DNA of 64,000 nucleotides from Penicillus capitatus (Eukaryota; Plantae; Chlorophyta): contig OZ287709.1 in assembly GCA_965649825.1 (NCBI GenBank), forward strand, positions 248,001-312,000, read 5' to 3'. A program made the translations under genes and the position numbers. The notes beneath the pieces are model-generated. The model was not told the DNA's origin. It was given only the letters and a program-made list of their open reading frames with translations, and ran no database searches. Below, in pieces: positions 1 to 13,800 of the stretch (position 1 is its first letter; the number at the start of each line of letters is the position of its first letter).

Positions 1-315
1 GATTGCACTGAAGGCGTGGCGCATACGGATTCTGATCTGTCCTGTCGACGGCCACTTGAGTCGCTTCTGTCTCAAGGCAGTCGGATTGAATGCACGACCT
101 ACAGCAAGAATGGGAAGGGACCATGTAGAGCAGTACAGCTTCATGGCCATTCAGCGCGAGTCCTTAAATTCAGACCTCTGTACGCAGACCGTTTCCAATT
201 TGTGTCTCGCTTGGCGTGCTAGACAGTCGAGCGCCGTATTGGAGCGTCTGTACTCCTTTAACGTCTAGGCGATTGCCTCATTCCATCAGCCGGGCATACT
301 TCCCACTTGTGAACG

Positions 316-2049
316 ATGTGGCGCGTTCGGGCAGCAGTAGCCGTGGCATTTTTGGGTCCGTTTAATTCGGGTAGAAACCCCAGCATTGGCACCATCTTCC
401 CGATCGAGGCGTTTCTATGTGCGTAGCTGTGGCCCTTGTCCTCGTCAACACAATGCTAACGCAGTTATCCGAAGACTTGAGATTCGACAAGAATAGTGGC
501 GGTGCTGTGGGGACTGCTGCGCTTTACGTCGGTGGCCTGGCCGGCGGTCTTAGCGCTGTGCACTTCGAGAAAGCCAGCGGTACATTCATGCAGCTGTGGA
601 CGGGTATCCTATTTTCGGTCGGGAATACCCTCGCGGCGTTCGCCACCGAACAGAAGGTCTGTTGGAGTGGACTGCACGGATGTAGCCCAAGCATGTTACT
701 GGGCGGACGCCTACTAACGGGGTTCGCCTGCGGTCTTGTGCTCGCTCTTACTCCAAAGTACGCCGACTTACCTACAGCATTACAACAACGATATTCATGT
801 GGTAGGTATCCGGCTGAAGTTTCGTCAACCGACGAAAGAAACGCGGTTAAATCATACTCGCAGGTGTACTGACTGTTATACGCGTTTCGCTTACACACAT
901 CTTGTGACAGGTATCATTCGCCACTGGATCTCTTTATGGGCTGCTCCTTGGCCTGCCATACGAATTTGATGTTCGATTTTGCATCGGCTGTGAGTGGTGG
1001 AGGATCATGTTCCTCATGGCATCACTACCGTCAACGTTACAGGTAAGCATCGACTCCTCTACTTCCCTCCTGAAGAAAGCCATAAGCAGTGTTTATTGAC
1101 GCTGGCGGCGTTCCCTCTGTTTCAACACTCGCATGCTTCGACTGAAGCGACCGAGACAAGTGTATCCTCTATACAGATTGAATCTGGGTACACGACTGAT
1201 CAAACGAATGAATCTGGACTCAACTTGAAGGATGGACTCATCGATAAAAATACCACAACGAATGAAGTGAGCACTGGAATGTCACTTAACTCACTATGTA
1301 TGCCCCCCAAGTACATAACCCAGACCGCCGAGCAAAGCCTACCAACTCCCTCTCTGTTCGCCTGTCTATTCGACAGGAAATACCTTCGATCTATCATATT
1401 GGGAATCGGCTTCCCAGTTCTTTGCCAACTCACTGGAGTCAGTGTCTTTGCTTCCTACTCGACAACAATCTTGCAGAATACCGGAATGGAGAGAGCAATT
1501 CTGGGCAGTGTCACTTGCGGATCGGCGGCCGTCATTGGCAGTATCGTCTCCGTTTTTCTTTTTCACAGATTTAGCAGAAAAGCGATGGCCTGTGTAAGTT
1601 TCTCTGCTATGGCAATGTGCTGCCTGGCTCTCTCACTTTCAGATTTAGCGCCAACAATAATCTCCGGACTTTTCTCCGTTATCTGCATTTTTGGATTTGT
1701 TTTTTTCTATGCATCAGTGTGTAGTACTTTACACACGGGTCTTCCGACAGAAATCTTGCCTCCTGAAGTTGCAAGTGCTGCCTTTGAATTGGGTCGGTTT
1801 CTTTCATGGCTGTGTGCTTTTATCATCGTCCTCATTTCACCTGCCATTCTCGACGCTGCTGGGGCACTTTGGCTGTACCTTGCATTTTTTGCTTCGTGTT
1901 TCGTTTCTTTACTCTTTTGGAAATGCGCCATCGAACCGAAGGAACAAGAATTGAAGGATATCGTGGAGGAGCTCATGAACATGCCTGATACCTCTGTGGC
2001 TCAGCGATTCAATGCTTCGAGTATCACGTTCGGCGTTCATAAGCCTTGA
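316..2049 (+). CDS. Sugar porter (MFS/GLUT-like, pGlcT-related) transporter, copy A, 5 exons
   Basis: ATG 316 (MWRVRAAVAVAFLGPFNS). GT-AG introns about 371-426, 758-805, 864-910 and 1043-1089. Hydrophobic helices, YPAEVS after TM4, CQLTG in TM7, TEILP and IEPKE motifs. Intron positions match copies B and C. Confidence 0.85.
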
Positions 2050-3830
2050 CAGGAAGCTTCGAAGAACCAAGAGTCATTTCAGTAACGTATCGTTTGTTGT
2101 AGAGCATTCATCATGTTTCTATGTCTGTTGGATCTGGGAGGAAAATCATCAAAGGGAAAAAAGTTCCCCGGTACATGTCGTTTTTTAGTGGTAAACCACG
2201 GATAAGCTACGTACCGTTTCTTTTGTCCTGAACACCTATTAAAAGTGCAAGTCATGCAAGACAGTTTCTAATGAATGTCATGTTGACGATTTCGTGTGTA
2301 AACTCTCACAGTAGTGGATTACGAAAAACACTCAGCAGCAGAGTCCCCGAAACGGACAGAAGACCGATAGCAGACGAACTCCGTGCAGATAGACAGAATG
2401 CTCAAAGCTAAAACGCCGATAGAATCGTCGGACAGCTATGCGTTTCTCGACCTTCGAAACGAGAAGGATGCATTCGTCAATCTTCGATGTCTGTCGCCGT
2501 CAGCGGAAGAATTCAATTCCGGAGCGTTCCACGCATCTTTTCCTTTTTGATGACGTCTCGCGTCAGACCTTACGGAATAATGTATTGAATGCGTTGGCTT
2601 AAAACAGAAGGGGTTCTTGATTGCGGAAGGCGTTTCCCATGTCCTTTCCTTCGTGTGGACCTACGCGACGGCGGGGATCGTCGCCACTTCTCTCCACTTT
2701 TGCATTCTCTACCTTTCGAGCCCTCTCGGCACCTCAGCTGAGATCCTCTACTTCTCCGTAGCTTCTCTTAACTACTGAAGCGATGCATCATACACGTATC
2801 CTTTGGTTTCTATAAAGGATGATGGCTGTCGCGATACCTCAGAGACCATTTCCGATTCAGATCGATGGAGAATGTGTGGACGGATCTACAATAGAGGTCG
2901 CTGGCGAATTGTTGGCAAGCGAAGGAGCAATGTTGACAAAGGCATCAAGGAGGAGACAATAGTCTATGGTCCTGCATCACGCAAAGCAGCTAGCTATAAA
3001 CTGACCAAATCATATGGCTTAAGGCTTACTAACGACACGTGGTGGTCCCTCGGGAGGTGACTTCTATGGCAATAAACTGGGCTTGTAGAGCGACATGTTT
3101 GCGCGTCCAGTTTACACTGCCAAAGCTCGTTGAACTGAAAACGAGCAACTGCCAAACGGCATGCCGAAACAAGGTACTAACAAACAAAAAGCACTTTCGT
3201 TTCGACGCTGAAGATGGTCGCGTCGCATACCTGTCTGGATGCAACGTCCTCGGCGGACTCGCATGAGAGAGGTGAGATCTTGCTAACAGAATCTAAAGAT
3301 CTCATTGCTGTCTGCAGGCTTCCAAGCCAAAGGAGAAGTGTCTTTGGCAGAAAATGCCAGGGGGCACATTTGATGTTTGTTTCCAGCATAGGTGGAAGTT
3401 ATGTCTACCGTCAGACGCTTTTTGCCTGAAAAACAGCATGTTGTCCACGTTTTGCGTTGCGGAGTGTTCGAATCACTCGATTGTTTGGAAAAAGGTGCTC
3501 AATAATGAACTGTGTTTGAGTCTTGCACGTAGCGATCGTCGCTTGTAAAATACGGATCCACGCCGCCGTTGTAGACCGGGAGTCTAGACTACTTTTCTCT
3601 CAGCGGCTTGTCACGTTTTTGACAGATAGAGTTGTGAAAACGAAAGAATCAGAACTCCGTACCAGGCAGAGTTACTTGGCTTTTCGGAGGACGCAGAAGA
3701 CAAAGTATGCAAAGCGCCACCGGAAAGCGGCTCGTTCAGAACTACGGTTCCGCGTAAAAAGTCGCGCTTTCGTCGGCTAAAGGGGACAAAAGTTTTTGTC
3801 CGGGTGGTGACCTATCGTCGGCTCCCGAAC

Positions 3831-4185
3831 TTAGCGCGACGTTGTCCTTTCCCCGCTGTAACCCATCCAACTCGGCGCAGGCTCGCCAGACACAGCCGGG
3901 TCAACTCTGATGGGACGTCCCTCCTCTGTGTCCGGCGCAGGAATCGAACCCCCGCGGTCGTACTTCTCGAACTGGTCCAACTGCACCATCCGCTTCGGGT
4001 CGATCCCCGCGATCGTGAAGTTGCCGACCCCATCGTATGCCCACCGGTGACGACTTCGATGACGACTCTCCTCGACGACTTGCTCCACCGACCATCCTAC
4101 ACCCGTGACGACTTACTCCACCGTCCATCCAACACCCGTGACGATTCTCCCGACTGTCCACTCTGCACCTACGCCGACTTCGACG
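3831..4185 (-). pseudogene. GC3-rich fragment of an unidentified gene (3' end)
   Basis: Frame ...AYDGVGNFTIAGIDPKRMVQLDQFEKYDRGGSIP...TTSR* has nearly all codons ending in G/C. Upstream are VVTGVGWxVEQ-like repeats with an in-frame TAA at 4113-4115 and a probable frameshift. No start or N-terminus found. Confidence 0.4.
4074..4172. repeat. 33-bp tandem repeat, 2 good copies plus 1 degenerate
   Basis: 4074-4106 versus 4107-4139 match at 30 of 33 nt; 4140-4172 is degenerate. Confidence 0.85.
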
Positions 4186-4716
4186 ACGATCTTCAAAGAT
4201 GCCGGACTGAAAGACGCCGTCATCAGTAGTATCATATACGCGTTTGGTGATGTCTTGGTCAGCGGCATTTCTGTTGTGCTTTTCGACAGATATGGCCGTG
4301 TCTCAATGGCCTTCGTCAGTTTCTCGGGCATGGCTCTCTCCTACCTGGCGCTTGCCTTCTCGCAGTTTGCCAGTTCTGCCATCTCTGGTTATCTGTCTGT
4401 TGTTTTTGTCTTCACTTTTGTTGTGTCTTTCGGATCCGGATGCGGGGCATTGAATATGTGCTACGCCCCTGAGGTCGTCCCTCCACAGATCGCCAGTACA
4501 GTTATCGGCATGGGGCAGTCTTTATCCATCTTCATCGCCTTCATTGAAGTCCTCTTGTTCCCCACCGTTTGCGACACCATCGGCCCCTTCGCATCTTTTC
4601 AGATCTTATTCGTATTTTGCATCGTCTCCCTTATCTTCTTAAAGATCTTCATGGTGGAGACCAAAGATCGCCAACTCGACGAGATTGTGCAGAGCCTGTA
4701 TGCACATGGAGGGTAG
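4183..4716 (+). pseudogene. 5'-truncated sugar porter (TM7-end to TM12 only)
   Basis: TTIFKDAG...APEVVPPQIAS...VETKDR aligns with the C-halves of copies A-C. Homology stops abruptly at about 4183 and there is an in-frame stop at 4060 upstream. Confidence 0.75.
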
Positions 4717-4797
4717 TCTGTGACAGATCGAACGCCCTATCGGTCATTTGCTGTGAACATATACCGGAAGTGACGGCTCCGTCAACTGCACGTCGAG

Positions 4798-6728
4798 ATG
4801 CGACGCGTTCTTCGACGACAACTGATCGAAGGGCCATGGCGGATCTTTTCGGCATCCCTCAGGGAGCGTGTCGTTGAGAGTCCCTTCGCCTTTGAGCGCT
4901 CTACGGGTGCTGCTCCGCGGACCCCACTGTCTGCCATAGGGAAGCGATTGTTCTGGAGCGGAACAAAGCACACTGCCCGTGTATCGAGCAATCCCTCAGC
5001 TCTCGGTTTTCGAAGCACCCGTGTGGCGGATGGCGCTTCGATAGGACGGATACACAACGTGCGTTGGTTGGCGAGAAACCGACCCGTACAACAGGAAGGC
5101 ATATCCCCAATGGCATCCGATCCGTCGGCCGAACCCCCCGCACCGGCAGAAGAGGACAAAAAAGCGAGCTCTTCACTGTCTGAAGCCAAAGACACGACCA
5201 CCCCCTCCCAAACAACTGCCTCTCGCTCTCAGGTCGCCACATTCTCCCCCTCTCCCTTCTGATCACGGCCTTTACTGAGGTAGATTGCGTCTGTGGTGAA
5301 TCACTCGGCTCTGGTCATCACGCGCAACATCGAATGGTATTCTCTTCCGTCTGTTGCCTGTTCGATGTCGTTCTGTGGTATTGAGGGGGACTGTTCTGCT
5401 GGGCTTTGAGCAAGTGCGTCGGTCATTGGTCGGAGAAAAGAGTGAGGAGCGTTTGCTGTGGGAGTTAGGCAAACAAGTATACCGTACTGGACGAAGAGGG
5501 TGAGACAGTGGCACTCATTGCGGAAGATCTCAAGGGATTTGGCGATGCCATTGGACGACAGCTCCTAAAAACGAGACGGAGCTTTACAGCCACAGTCTTC
5601 AGCGCGGACGGTTGAGTCATATAGAGTGCGAGATGCATTGTGTTCCGACACGTGTCCTGCTACAGGTTCCCAAGTGATCTTCCGCATCCGACGGCCGGCT
5701 TACTTGATCAACAGCTCCATGTACGTGGAGAATGGATCGGGTGATGTTCTGGGGGAAATTCAGCAGCGCTGGCATCTGTGGCGGCGGAATTATGATCTCT
5801 ACCTAAACAAGGCACAGTTCGCCCGGATTGAAGGGAATTTTCTTGCCTGGGAGTTTGAGCTCAAAGATGAGAAAGGAGGTATCCATCATCACACTTTTGG
5901 AGGATGTGACTGATGTGTGACATTTCAGGAACGTTGGCATTGATCGATCGAAATTTTCAGGGGTTTGGCAAAGAGATCTTTACCGATGCCGGAAAGTACG
6001 TCATCCATTTTGGCGAGAGTCCGATTCAAGCGGCCGAAACGGCGACGAAGACGCTGAAAGCGCGGACAAATGACCCAAACCTGCGGGCAGTGACACCCAT
6101 GGCGAAGCTGAGGACAGGGGTCAAAGTCATCCCTTCTGTCACAGGAAACCAACTGGTCCTCTCCTGTATCCTTCCGCCCAGGTGCATAGACCCCTCCCTG
6201 TGTCATAGGTCGTGCAGAAACGGTTGGAATTGACTCAGAGAATGATTGCATTGGCGTGCGCCATGACGATTGACTACGATTACTTCTCTCGACATTCCAG
6301 TGCTCTTCGACACTTTATCCCAGTCAATGAAACGTGAGATCTCTCTCTGTGTGATCCAGGTGGAGCTGGTTATCTGGCGCCTCCGATCATTTTGCCACTG
6401 CCCGGTGGAGGAGAAGCCCCGGCCGATGCTCCGGCGGGCGATACAGCGGCAACTGGTGCGGTGGATGTTGTTTCATCAATTGGATCATGATGTGACGGAC
6501 GTGTCTGCAGGAGAGACGTCCACCGGACAAGCGGGCTCAGGCGAAGGAGATACGCTACTAGGTACATCACCATCGACCGTCGGAGAAACACTGGGAAAAT
6601 GTTCTCGGCGTGCAGGAGGAGATGAAGAGGTGTGGACAGCCGATGAGAGCGAAGTGTTGGACAGCGGCGAAGGCGGCGGCGTTCTTGGCGGTCTATTCGA
6701 GAACTTGGACCTCTTTGGAGACTCCTGA
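4798..6728 (+). CDS. Phospholipid scramblase-family protein (AIM25-like), probably mitochondrial, multi-exon
   Basis: Arg/Ser-rich N-terminus. Spliced exons give ALVITRNIEWGTVLLGFEQANKYTVLD, FRIRRP, GEIQQRWHLWRRNYDLY, EIFTDAGKYVIHF and ALACAMTIDYDYFSRHS, followed by a Gly/acidic tail. Confidence 0.85.
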
Positions 6729-7063
6729 CGCGCACTGCGTGTGTGACAGTATCTCCGAGAGATCTCACTCGTAAGTCACACATCCGTTCGACCTTCACTC
6801 AAATGATCATACCGATGCATTTCCTGCCGTTTTTAGATCAAACAGAATAGCAGAATGCCTTTCGATAAGGGCGATGGATAACTTCACATGAAAAGAGATA
6901 TAAACCAAACGTCAACACACAGGCGAAATCCATCACAGAACAAAGTGCTGTATGCGAATGTGTATGTTCGTGGCGGTAGAGGACGGCGTCATTGTGAACA
7001 GATACTCTGATTCCTGAATCGTGTGACGACTAAGTGCTTCATTTCGCCAACAGTGTCCTGCCA

Positions 7064-9253
7064 TTACGCTGTCTGCAGATCTTCTGTGACCAATACGGTC
7101 TCTGCGTGCGCATCCTCTTCTCTCTGCACCTCCTCTTCTTTTGTTTGCCCGTTGCTCTCGAACGGCAAAATGTTGTGCGTCCTGTCAAGCGTGTGACAAA
7201 GAGTGACAAAGAGTGAGATGGCTGACTTCATGTAGGTGAGGAATTGTCCGGGGAATTCGGCTAAGAGTTCCTTGGCGAGTGCCTCGCCGTTGTTTTTGTA
7301 TTTTTCAAATTCGACGAACTGTACGATGTCTCTTTCGGCATAGACCCCGTCTTCGGACAGTAAGACATCGTCCGAATCCAGCTCGACCATCTTCGAAAAA
7401 TCTTCCTTTCCTACGCCGACAAGCATGATCGATAACGGAAGACTCGATGCGGCAATGATCTCGCGTTTCACACGCTAGAGACAGACAGACACACGGAATG
7501 GCGTGCATCATAGGAATCGAGAATGGATCGAGACGCACTGGCATGTCCAGCAAAACGCCATCGGTGATCATCAGCAGACAGTAGTACTTTCGATGCGAAT
7601 CTCTAGCCGCCATCGTCGCCGCCGCCTTAAGTACTGGACTGAAAAATGTCGGTCCGGCCAATGTGACGCGATTCAGTGCATCCCTACCAGATGCGAACGC
7701 ATCAAGGCCGGTCGAGAGAGAGATACGTGCCTGTAAGCATCCAGGACGCCACGGACGCCTTGGCACTCGGGAGCGGCGTCATCGCCGTTGACAGCGAAGC
7801 AATGACTGACGACTTTGTCTTCTCCGGGGAGTTTTGCTCCGAAGCCCCACGTCGGGAAGAGCTGATCGGTGTCGTAGGCCTCCAACACACGTCCGACTCC
7901 AAAAATAGCTTCTTCGTAGACATTCAACCTCCGGTCGCCATCTGTGGTCTCCGTCAATATGTGGTGCAGGGATCCAGGATACTCGGGCAGTCCATTGGAA
8001 CGCGTGAAATCGATGGCGACCAGAAAACAAATCTCAAAACCGGATGCGATGTACTCCAAAAACGAAGGAGAGGGTGTTCTCTCGTATTCTGATGGACACA
8101 CAGAGATGAGTCCGTAGGGAATCCAGTCGATAGGGATCACCTCGGATAAAGAGTTCTCCGACGTTTTGTCCATCTTTTTTCAAAACCGATGACACCGCGG
8201 ATCCTGTTTAGAAGACAGACCTGTCACATCACAGAATCTTTCCACGCTTTACCTTTGGCGGCGCTTTCGATGTCGTTGAGTGAGAGCGTGATTTTGCCGG
8301 CGGGCTGATGCGTGCCTCGGCTTTTGAAGTAGAACAGCTAGAGAGGCACATTTCAGTCGATCGCCGTTTCCACGCGTCTGACCTCGATGAGCAACGGACG
8401 GCTGACATTTGCATTGCACAGAATTCTCAGTCGCGTCTCGAGCGGCTTCCAGATCAATGGCAGATCGCCATCTGACGGCCGCAGGACTTCGGATCGATAA
8501 GCAGGGATCCACGTTTCCCCATCGCCGTGTTGTTTACTGATTCTGTAGAAGACGCCTGATGCTCGACTGCTGCTGAGACGCGCTCCAAGAACGAGTTTCA
8601 CTTCATCGGACTGATTGCTTTGCTCCTCGTAGTAGATCGAAACCTGATGTGACATGCATCTTCCTTGATGTGACAGAAAGAGTGAGAACTTTGCTCTCGC
8701 TCATCGGAGTATTGTTTTCATCAAGCAAAGGCAACGTGCAGTGTCCCTGGGACTCGGTGACGATATCGGCCAACGTAAACGCAGCAGCGCCCAAGAAATC
8801 CTAGCCCATTATGATGTGACACATGAGTGCAATGGATAAAACTGTCGAATCGGCACTTGATCGTCCAGTTTCAGATCTTTGACACTTCGGTCTTCATCGG
8901 CATCGTACAGAACGACCTTCATTTGCTGAAGACGCTCGAATTCGTAGAGCACTTGGAAGGACCGAACAAACTTCGGATCTACAAGACCACGAGCATCTCA
9001 CGCACTCTTTTCTCCACCCCATTCCACTCCGTTACTCAGATTATTGGGTACGACCTCTGTTCGGCCCACTTCTCGCTGGCCGTCGTCCGTGACCGTATAG
9101 AGGACGGCAAATGGGTCAGATAAACTGCACATGGTGTGTAGAGTAGTCATGAAGAGTGATAAGTGTGAGATTTCTATACCTGAGGATATCTTTGTTGACG
9201 AGATTTGTGCAGGCAAAGCTCAACTCGACCTTCACGCGCAGTGTGGGGAACAT
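7064..9253 (-). CDS. Copine (C2-C2-vWA), BONZAI-like, multi-exon
   Basis: KVELSFACTNLVNKDILSKSDP (C2A), SFLEYIASGFEICFLVAIDFTRSNG, FPTWGFGAK, LLMITDG, LPLSIMLVGVG and RDIVQFVEF. The start codon (9253) is uncertain. Confidence 0.92.
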
Positions 9254-9473
9254 TTTGCATGGAAGGCGACAGGCGCACCCAGAGACTGTAGTCCTTCGTT
9301 CCCGTGCCGAAAGCGACGGCATCGACCCGTTCGCGACGTTCCGACTCGCCACGTACAACCGATGAACCCGTCGTGTCTTTAACGGAATAGGCTCCACCCA
9401 TTGTGTCCGTACGTTGTCTATCGCGGCGAAGAATTTAGCGCAATCGATGTATCATCGCGATGATGGTCGATTG

Positions 9474-10639
9474 TCATGCGTTGGCAAAACGCCGTCCCAC
9501 AATTAAGAACCCCGTATGACCCTTGAGTCCCACAATACGTGTATTGGTAACCATGGATAGGGCTCTGTCATCTTCTGTGGGCTCTCCCTCTCCCTTGCCA
9601 CTGTTCTGCATACCTGAAGTGTGATCTGGATGATCTAAATGATCTAGAACTTGCCATACCTGGAGGGATCGATTTCTGAGCGTGGTAGGCGTGGAGATCC
9701 GTAGCCAAGGGCTCGGACTTGACTCGGTATTCCTCTGCAATGCATTCCATGATACGCAGATCGATGATGCATTCAGTCTCCGTCATTGTCTGACATGTTT
9801 TCTGTATCTGTTCGATGCATGGACTGAAACTCACCAGACAGTGACCTGGACGCAAACAGGAGACAGCAGAAGAGACCACCTAGACAGAGACACCCTCACT
9901 CCATACGGCCACCCCTCCAGGCAACGCACGCACTTTCCAAGGCTCCGGTACGTCCAGAAACACGCCATCGACGCGATGCTGTGTGAATGCTTCGGGGAAT
10001 CCATGGGACTGAACGTCGCGTTGTTGGACAGTGACGATGTGCGAGAGACCTGCCAGGACAGGAGATCGATCCACCAGACGCTTCGTGGATGGTCGGATCG
10101 CGCACCGTGACGAACGAACTCGTTTTCGGCCGTGGCGCATCGATCTTGATGAAATTCAAAAGTGTGGACATGACCCGTCGGTGCGACGGCTCTGGCGAGA
10201 GCATGGGTCAGCGAGCCGCTTCCGGTGCCGCTTTCGAGTACCACGCTTCCAGGTTTCAGCTCCAGAAATGTACAGATCAAGGCGATGTCGGCTAAGTACA
10301 GAATCTGCGTCCGATGTGTGAGCACCCGCGTCCACAGTTCAGGTGTGGGGGTCAAGAGACAGAGAGGCTGAAGATTCGGACGTCTCTTGCGCGGATAGAC
10401 CACAGAGCCGAAGATTTTGCCAATCCAGTCCTATCACGCCATCTCCTTCAAAAGTGTGACCACAAAGAGTGACGCACTTGCGTGTGATACGTGCCCGTCG
10501 TGAACTGCACGACGTGATCGGGATCATCGCGCACGTAGACCGCGCGCATGACCTTAGGAGAGACGTAGGCAATGACGAGGACATCGGCTTCGATGCGGCG
10601 CGCCGTCGAGGCTTCGTAGCTTCCGGCCGTCGCCAACAT
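9474..10639 (-). CDS. TRM61: tRNA (adenine58-N1)-methyltransferase catalytic subunit
   Basis: LTHRTQILYLADI, LESGTGSGSLTHALARAVAPTGHVHTFEFH, VDGVFLDVPEPW, SFSPCIEQI and C-terminal GHTGFL. Confidence 0.93.
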
Positions 10640-10829
10640 GGATGGATGTGTGGATGGGCGACGCGTCGTCGAATGACGTGTGCATCAATAAAGCGGGCGA
10701 TTTGCCGCTGCAGTCAATGTCAAACGCGTTTTGCTGTTGCGGATTCATTTTCACTAAAGAAGAAGAACGTTGCGTGCGAGGTCAAGGAATAAACAACGAA
10801 CGCGTTAACGCGATAAGAGACGCGACGAT

Positions 10830-13800
10830 ATGAGCGACTCAAACAACGGAGCCTACGGCGAGGTAAAGCATCCTAGGGAACGAACGAACATACCGTAGAG
10901 GTGAACGCAGGCGGACGGTATGGAAGACCAAGTCCAAATTCAGAAGCTTGATGTACTGGCGGCACACCAGAATCGTTTTCAAGTAAGCCAGCTCCCTGCG
11001 TTGGTACGTGCGGCTCGACGAAGCTCGACATCGTAGTTGGAGAATTTCTATGGAGCTCTGCGACGAGCGGGACAGCGACGTTCAAAGTTTACTCTCTTTC
11101 GTGGAGGGCGTCAAGGAGGTGGTCTCGCCGACGGAGAGTTCACCGTGGACGACATGTTGCTTTACTCGCCGGTAAGTACAGGGGTGTCTGTCGTTGCATG
11201 AAGTGATGGGGGTATGTTCGTTCGGTGGATAGGATCCGATTCCAACTTCTTTGCTAAAACTGAGCAACGACTACGCCAGTCGTGCAACGAAGATGTTTGT
11301 ATCGATGCTAAAGTACATGGGTTTGGGCAAAGAGTATCTCACCGATCAACAGAAGGTGGAAATTGCTCAGAAGCTGCTGCACCAAGGGCTGAAAAGACCC
11401 GAGCTGAAAGATGAGCTCTATATGCAACTCATTAAACAGACGAGGGGCAATCCGAGTCTGGATGGCAAGCTGCGTGCATGGGAGCTGTTCCATCTCGTGA
11501 CATCTACCATGCCTCCGTCCAAAGTGTGACCGCATAGTAGTGTGATCTGGATCGATATATGGCGATGATGTGACAGGAGTTTGTGGGATTGGTGACTGAG
11601 CATGTCCATCTGGCATCGCATGGCGACGTCGAAGAGCAGATCGTACGGGAGATCGCACTGCGTTCGTGGACTTCCATGAAGCGATCGCTCATCGCCGGTG
11701 CCCGAAAGACTCTCCCCGCAACAGAAGAGATCCAGTGCCTTCTTTCTGGCAAGGCGCTGACGTGCATCGTCTACTTCTTGGACGAGACTTTCGAAGCGAT
11801 CAACTGCGATTTGACAACGACGGTCCAGGAAGCTATGAAGCAATTGGCAGACATCATTAAACTACAGAACTACAGTACATTCACGCTCTTTGAGTGTCGC
11901 AAAGTTGTTGGCCCTCGAAGTACGGAAGACACCGTCGATGAGCATATCATACTGGACGATAACAAATACATTGCTGATGCACTGTTCGATATCAAGAATC
12001 CCAAAAATTCAAGAGAAGGTATCCAAAGCAAATTGCTGGTGAAGAAGAAAATGTTTAGAGAGACGGATGAATCCATTACCGAACCGCAATTTATCAATCT
12101 CTCATACATTCAGGCTCAGTATGATTATTTGCTGGGCAATTTTCCCTTCGTGCAAGAGGATACGGCCCAGCTCTGCGCTTTGCAGATTCAGGCAGAATTC
12201 GGATCGTCGATTCTGGAAGTGGAAGAGGAACTGTCAGCTGCTGTTACCAAATACATTCCCACACCCGTAAGACCACCCCACCCGTGCTTATGCCTTAAAT
12301 GCGTGTCCTTCGTAGTCTGCTGCCTCACGACCTCATGAAGAGTGGGTGCAAGACGTGAAGAGTCGATATCGCAGTTTGGATCAATTTTCGAAAGAAGAAG
12401 CCCGATTGCATTTTCTGAGAATCTTGCGCAGTTTGCCATACGGCAATTCTATTTTCTTCCCTGTCAAGAAGATGGAAGATCCAATCGGTCTCCTGCCTCA
12501 GAAACTGATTTTGGGCATCAACAGAAGGGGCGTCCATTTCTTCAAACCCTCTCCCAAAGAATACCTCCATTCTGCTGAACTTAGAGATATCATGCAGTTT
12601 GGATCCAGTAGTCAGGCTGTCTTTTTCAAGATGCGTGTATCGGGGGTACTACACATCTTTCAATTTGAGACGCGACAGGGAGAAGATATCTGTCTAGCTC
12701 TGCAGACACACATCAATGATATCATGATGAAGCGCTACTCGAAATCCAAAGCCGCCGCCACTGCTGTACCGGCAACAGACAGCCAACCACAGGCACAGGC
12801 GACGGAATCGCATTCGGCAGCCGATGCCCAGGCCGCCGGCGCCCGTACCGGTCCAAAACACGAAAAGCATGCCAATCAGATGCAGAAGACATTGGAAGAG
12901 AAGGCCAGAATGATCGACGAGCTGCAGAAGCAGGAAGAGAAACTGCGCCAAGAGAAAGATCGCGTGGCTGAGGAGCTGATCGAGGCACGGGAGAAACTCA
13001 AGGTCGAGGAAGATCAGCTGAGGGAGTTCAAAGAGACAAAGCGGAAACTCGAGAGCGATCGATCAGGACTCTTGGCTCAGATCGACGAGGCAAAGGCTGC
13101 CGTAAAGGAGGCCGAAGCCAACAAAGCCGCCGCCGTTGACGCCGCCCGAGAAGCTGTCGATGCCAAGATGGTCAAAGAGCTGCAGAAACAGATCCACAGT
13201 GCGACAGACGAGCTGCAGAAAGTTCAGGATCGTGTACAGGAGCTCGAGAAGGAGTACAAAGACTCGACCAAAGAGAAAGAGCTCATGGAGAAGAAGATGC
13301 AGAGGCTAGAGAAATCAAGGGACAACGAAACGCGTGAGCTGCGGGACAAACTCGAAACGGCCAAGGCATCCGTGGGCGATCAGCTGCAGGAGAAGGAGGT
13401 CCGAATTGAAGAGCTCATGAAGGAGCTATCGAAGACAACGGAGCTGTACAATGCAAACAAGGTGGAGCTGGAACAGATCCGGACAGATCTGAACGAACTG
13501 GATGACTTGAGGGAAATGAAACAGGACGTCGAGCGAAAAGAGAAGCTTCAGAAAAAAATCATCGCCGATCAGGCCAAGCGCCTGGACGAACTGGAAAAGC
13601 TTCACAAAGAAGAGCAGATGTTGCGCAAGAAGTACCTCAGTATGATGGAAGACATGCAAGGCAAAGTCCGTGTCTACGTGCGATTGGGCCAAGAGGCGCC
13701 GTCCGAAGGCATCGTCGAAGTGGTCGACGAATATACCTTGGCGAAGAAACAGGCCGATCGCTTTGCCGTGCGTGAGGAGTTCGCTTTTGATCAGGCCTAC

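Noticed and set aside
2100-3780. Decayed transposon coding sequence
   Set aside because: Only short ORFs and no diagnostic motif.
3930-3970. tRNA T-arm (GGTTCGATTCC on the minus strand)
   Set aside because: The stem has a G-G mismatch, there is no A box or cloverleaf, and it lies in a coding-like frame.
4074-4172. CRISPR-like array from the 33-bp or 43-bp repeats
   Set aside because: Repeats are head-to-tail without spacers, and the context is eukaryotic.
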